Virus genome (UHGV): UHGV-0144289
DNA from: a virus
Length of the DNA stretch: 35,479 nt
Strand: one strand, 5' to 3'
Below, in pieces: positions 34,021 through 35,479 of this stretch (its first letter is position 1; every line of letters begins with the position of its first letter). Under the pieces are notes generated by a model. That model was not told the origin of the DNA. It saw nothing but the letters and a program-made list of their open reading frames with translations, and did no database searches. The position numbers and the translations under genes were made by a program.

Positions 34021-34290
34021 ATGACTTTCAGAGTGACGCAGACTATAGGGAAATCTATAGCATACCCAACGCTAGGTGTATGGATGCCACCAGAAGATAC
34101 TTCGATTGAGGTTGAATACCAGGCTGTATCGTTAATATCGCTAAATAATGGAACAGCGACTGTTTCATTTAAAGTTAGCATTGATGGTTGTCTTTCCAGT
34201 GGGGAGCTTACCCATTCTTTTGTCTACTCTGGGTCTGGAAGCCCTCTTGAAGAGGCAGAGGAATCACTTAAAAGCAAACTCGTAATATAG
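34021..34290 (+). CDS. Small protein downstream of the tail fibre (possible fibre accessory/chaperone)
   Basis: 89 aa from the ATG at 34021; same low GC as the fibre C-terminal domain. Confidence 0.45.
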   Translation: MTFRVTQTIGKSIAYPTLGVWMPPEDTSIEVEYQAVSLISLNNGTATVSFKVSIDGCLSSGELTHSFVYSGSGSPLEEAEESLKSKLVI

Positions 34291-34300
34291 AATTTCATTT

Positions 34301-34316
34301 AGTCAGGATTCCGACC
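34301..34316. repeat. Late-region hairpin motif AGTCAGGATTCCGACC, copy 4
   Basis: Upstream of the lysis cassette; preceded by a TAGAAT-like element. Confidence 0.8.
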
Positions 34317-34372
34317 TTAGCTTCGCCTTACCCTCGCATCATTCCACATAGTGATCCCCATGGGGGTAAGGC

Positions 34373-34603
34373 ATGCGAATGAAGAATTTACCGGATGTGG
34401 CGGCTGGCACGTCGTACATCACATCCACTGTCAGCGGGAGCTACTGGCTGCTGCAACTTCTCGATAAGGTAAGCCCCAGCCAGTGGGCGGCTATTGGCGT
34501 ACTAGCCAGTATTGTTTTTGGGCTGCTTACCTACCTCACTAATTTGTATTTCAAAATCAAAGACGACCGGCGGAAGGCACAGGACTATGAGCAACAAAGC
34601 TAA
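34373..34603 (+). CDS. Holin, phage-21 S-like pinholin with dual-start motif (M-R-M)
   Basis: 76 aa; two transmembrane segments; sequence [58 protein letters not shown] closely resembles the S21 pinholin as I recall it. Confidence 0.8.
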   Translation: MRMKNLPDVAAGTSYITSTVSGSYWLLQLLDKVSPSQWAAIGVLASIVFGLLTYLTNLYFKIKDDRRKAQDYEQQS

Positions 34604-35123
34604 GTTCAGCGCCGCTATGCTGGCGCTTCTGGCCGCCGGTGCATCTGCACCGGTACTGTTCGATCAGTTTATCAGCGAAAAAGAAGGTAACGCGCTGGTG
34701 GCCGTTGTTGACCCCGGCGGTGTGTGGTCATTGTGCCACGGAGTAACCGTTATAGATGGCAAGCGTGTCATTAAGGGCCAAAGAGCAACTGAGGAACAGT
34801 GCAGGAAGGTAAACGCCATTGAGCGTGATAAGGCGCTGGCCTGGGTAGAAAAGAATGTGCTCGTTTCTTTGACGCCGCCGCAGAAGGTCGGCATAGCCTC
34901 ATTCTGCCCGTACAACATCGGGCCGGGTAAGTGCTTCCCCTCAACGTTCTATCGCAAGCTGAACGCAGGCGACCGTAAAGGTGCATGCGCGGAGATCCGG
35001 CGATGGGTGTTCGACGGAGGCCGGGATTGCCGACTGACCAAAGGCCAGAAGAATGGCTGCTACGGGCAGGTTGACCGCCGCGATCAGGAAAGCGCTTTGA
35101 CGTGCTGGGGGCTGTACGAATGA
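34587..35123 (+). CDS. SAR endolysin (signal-anchor-release lysozyme, phage-21 R-like)
   Basis: 178 aa; N-terminal SAR segment [19 protein letters not shown], catalytic-region motifs [20 protein letters not shown] and [23 protein letters not shown] similar to R21. Confidence 0.85.
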   Translation: MSNKAKFSAAMLALLAAGASAPVLFDQFISEKEGNALVAVVDPGGVWSLCHGVTVIDGKRVIKGQRATEEQCRKVNAIERDKALAWVEKNVLVSLTPPQKVGIASFCPYNIGPGKCFPSTFYRKLNAGDRKGACAEIRRWVFDGGRDCRLTKGQKNGCYGQVDRRDQESALTCWGLYE

Positions 35124-35479
35124 ACGGAAAAACCAAACTGGTGATTGTTGGTGGCGTGCTGGCGGTATGCGCCGGGATTTACTGGGCGGGGTATCTGAAA
35201 GGCTGGTACGCACATTCAGAGCAAGTAAACAGCCAGGCTAAACAAAGGCTACCGAAGCAGGAAAAGGCAGTTGCCGCTGGTGAGCAGAAAGCAGCGACGG
35301 CGAACGCCGAAGCCAAAGTGATTTACCGTACCGTTTATCGTGATGTGGTGAAATATGTCAATGACCCGAATCGTACTGTGTGCCAGTTTGATCCTGCTGC
35401 TGTGCAGCTGCGCCAACGAGCAATCGACGCGGCCAACGCCATCCCCGGATTTGATGAACCGACCGTGCAAGATAAGTAA
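35120..35479 (+). CDS. Rz-like i-spanin
   Basis: 119 aa; N-terminal transmembrane helix (LVIVGGVLAVCAGIYWAGYL) followed by coiled-coil periplasmic domain; start overlaps endolysin stop. Confidence 0.7.
   Translation: MNGKTKLVIVGGVLAVCAGIYWAGYLKGWYAHSEQVNSQAKQRLPKQEKAVAAGEQKAATANAEAKVIYRTVYRDVVKYVNDPNRTVCQFDPAAVQLRQRAIDAANAIPGFDEPTVQDK
35355..35479 (+). CDS. Rz1-like o-spanin embedded in the +1 frame of Rz (3' end beyond the window)
   Basis: Out-of-frame ORF MSMTRIVLCASLILLLCSCANEQSTRPTPSPD... with lipobox LLLCSC and a Pro-rich mature part. Confidence 0.6.
   Translation, partial: MSMTRIVLCASLILLLCSCANEQSTRPTPSPDLMNRPCKIS

Larger units (their letters stand above)
453..35479. mobile_element. 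Temperate prophage (left end and most of the genome), integrated next to tRNA-Leu; right end lies outside the window
   Basis: Integrase gene directly flanks the tRNA cluster, followed by the complete phage gene order: recombination, immunity, replication, accessory nin-like region, virion structure and lysis. Confidence 0.9.

Overview
This window is the left ~35 kb of a temperate prophage inserted immediately downstream of an enterobacterial tRNA operon (tRNA-Gly(GCC), tRNA-Cys(GCA), tRNA-Leu(UAA); the glyW-cysT-leuZ arrangement). The prophage runs from just after tRNA-Leu (~453) past the window end, so the right attachment site is not visible. Layout: integrase and excisionase-like gene (583-1828, minus); a leftward early operon with a Gp157-like protein and a 716-aa protein carrying an Erf/Rad52-like annealing domain (2225-4941); a structured ~400-bp leader (5310-5700); an immunity switch with a repressor lacking any recognisable autocleavage domain, a Cro-like gene and TAAC-N4-GTTA operators (5749-6489); a replication module with a DnaB-type helicase (7243-9620); a nin-like accessory region with an MT-A70 adenine methyltransferase, two HNH endonucleases, a Ref-like nuclease and a LexA-box-controlled small gene (9659-15489); then a T7-like podovirus structural module (portal, scaffold, capsid, tail tubular A/B, internal virion proteins including a transglycosylase, terminase, tail fibre with a gp17-like N-terminal adaptor) and a phage-21-like lysis cassette (pinholin, SAR endolysin, Rz/Rz1). 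No phage RNA polymerase is present in the window. The most unusual signals are not protein-coding: (i) a start-associated sequence GAGGAAAGACC(A)ATG at six gene starts on both strands plus start-less copies in the early-left leader; (ii) an array of small hairpins with identical GAAAGA loops, terminators and a possible antisense sRNA in that leader; (iii) a 16-17 bp hairpin GGTC(G/A)GGATTCCGACC repeated four times in the late region; (iv) a canonical SOS box in front of a small orphan gene, suggesting antirepressor-mediated induction. All calls rest on reading the sequence and on recalled family signatures; no database search was run. Hand-counted coordinates of non-ORF features may be off by 1-2 nt.
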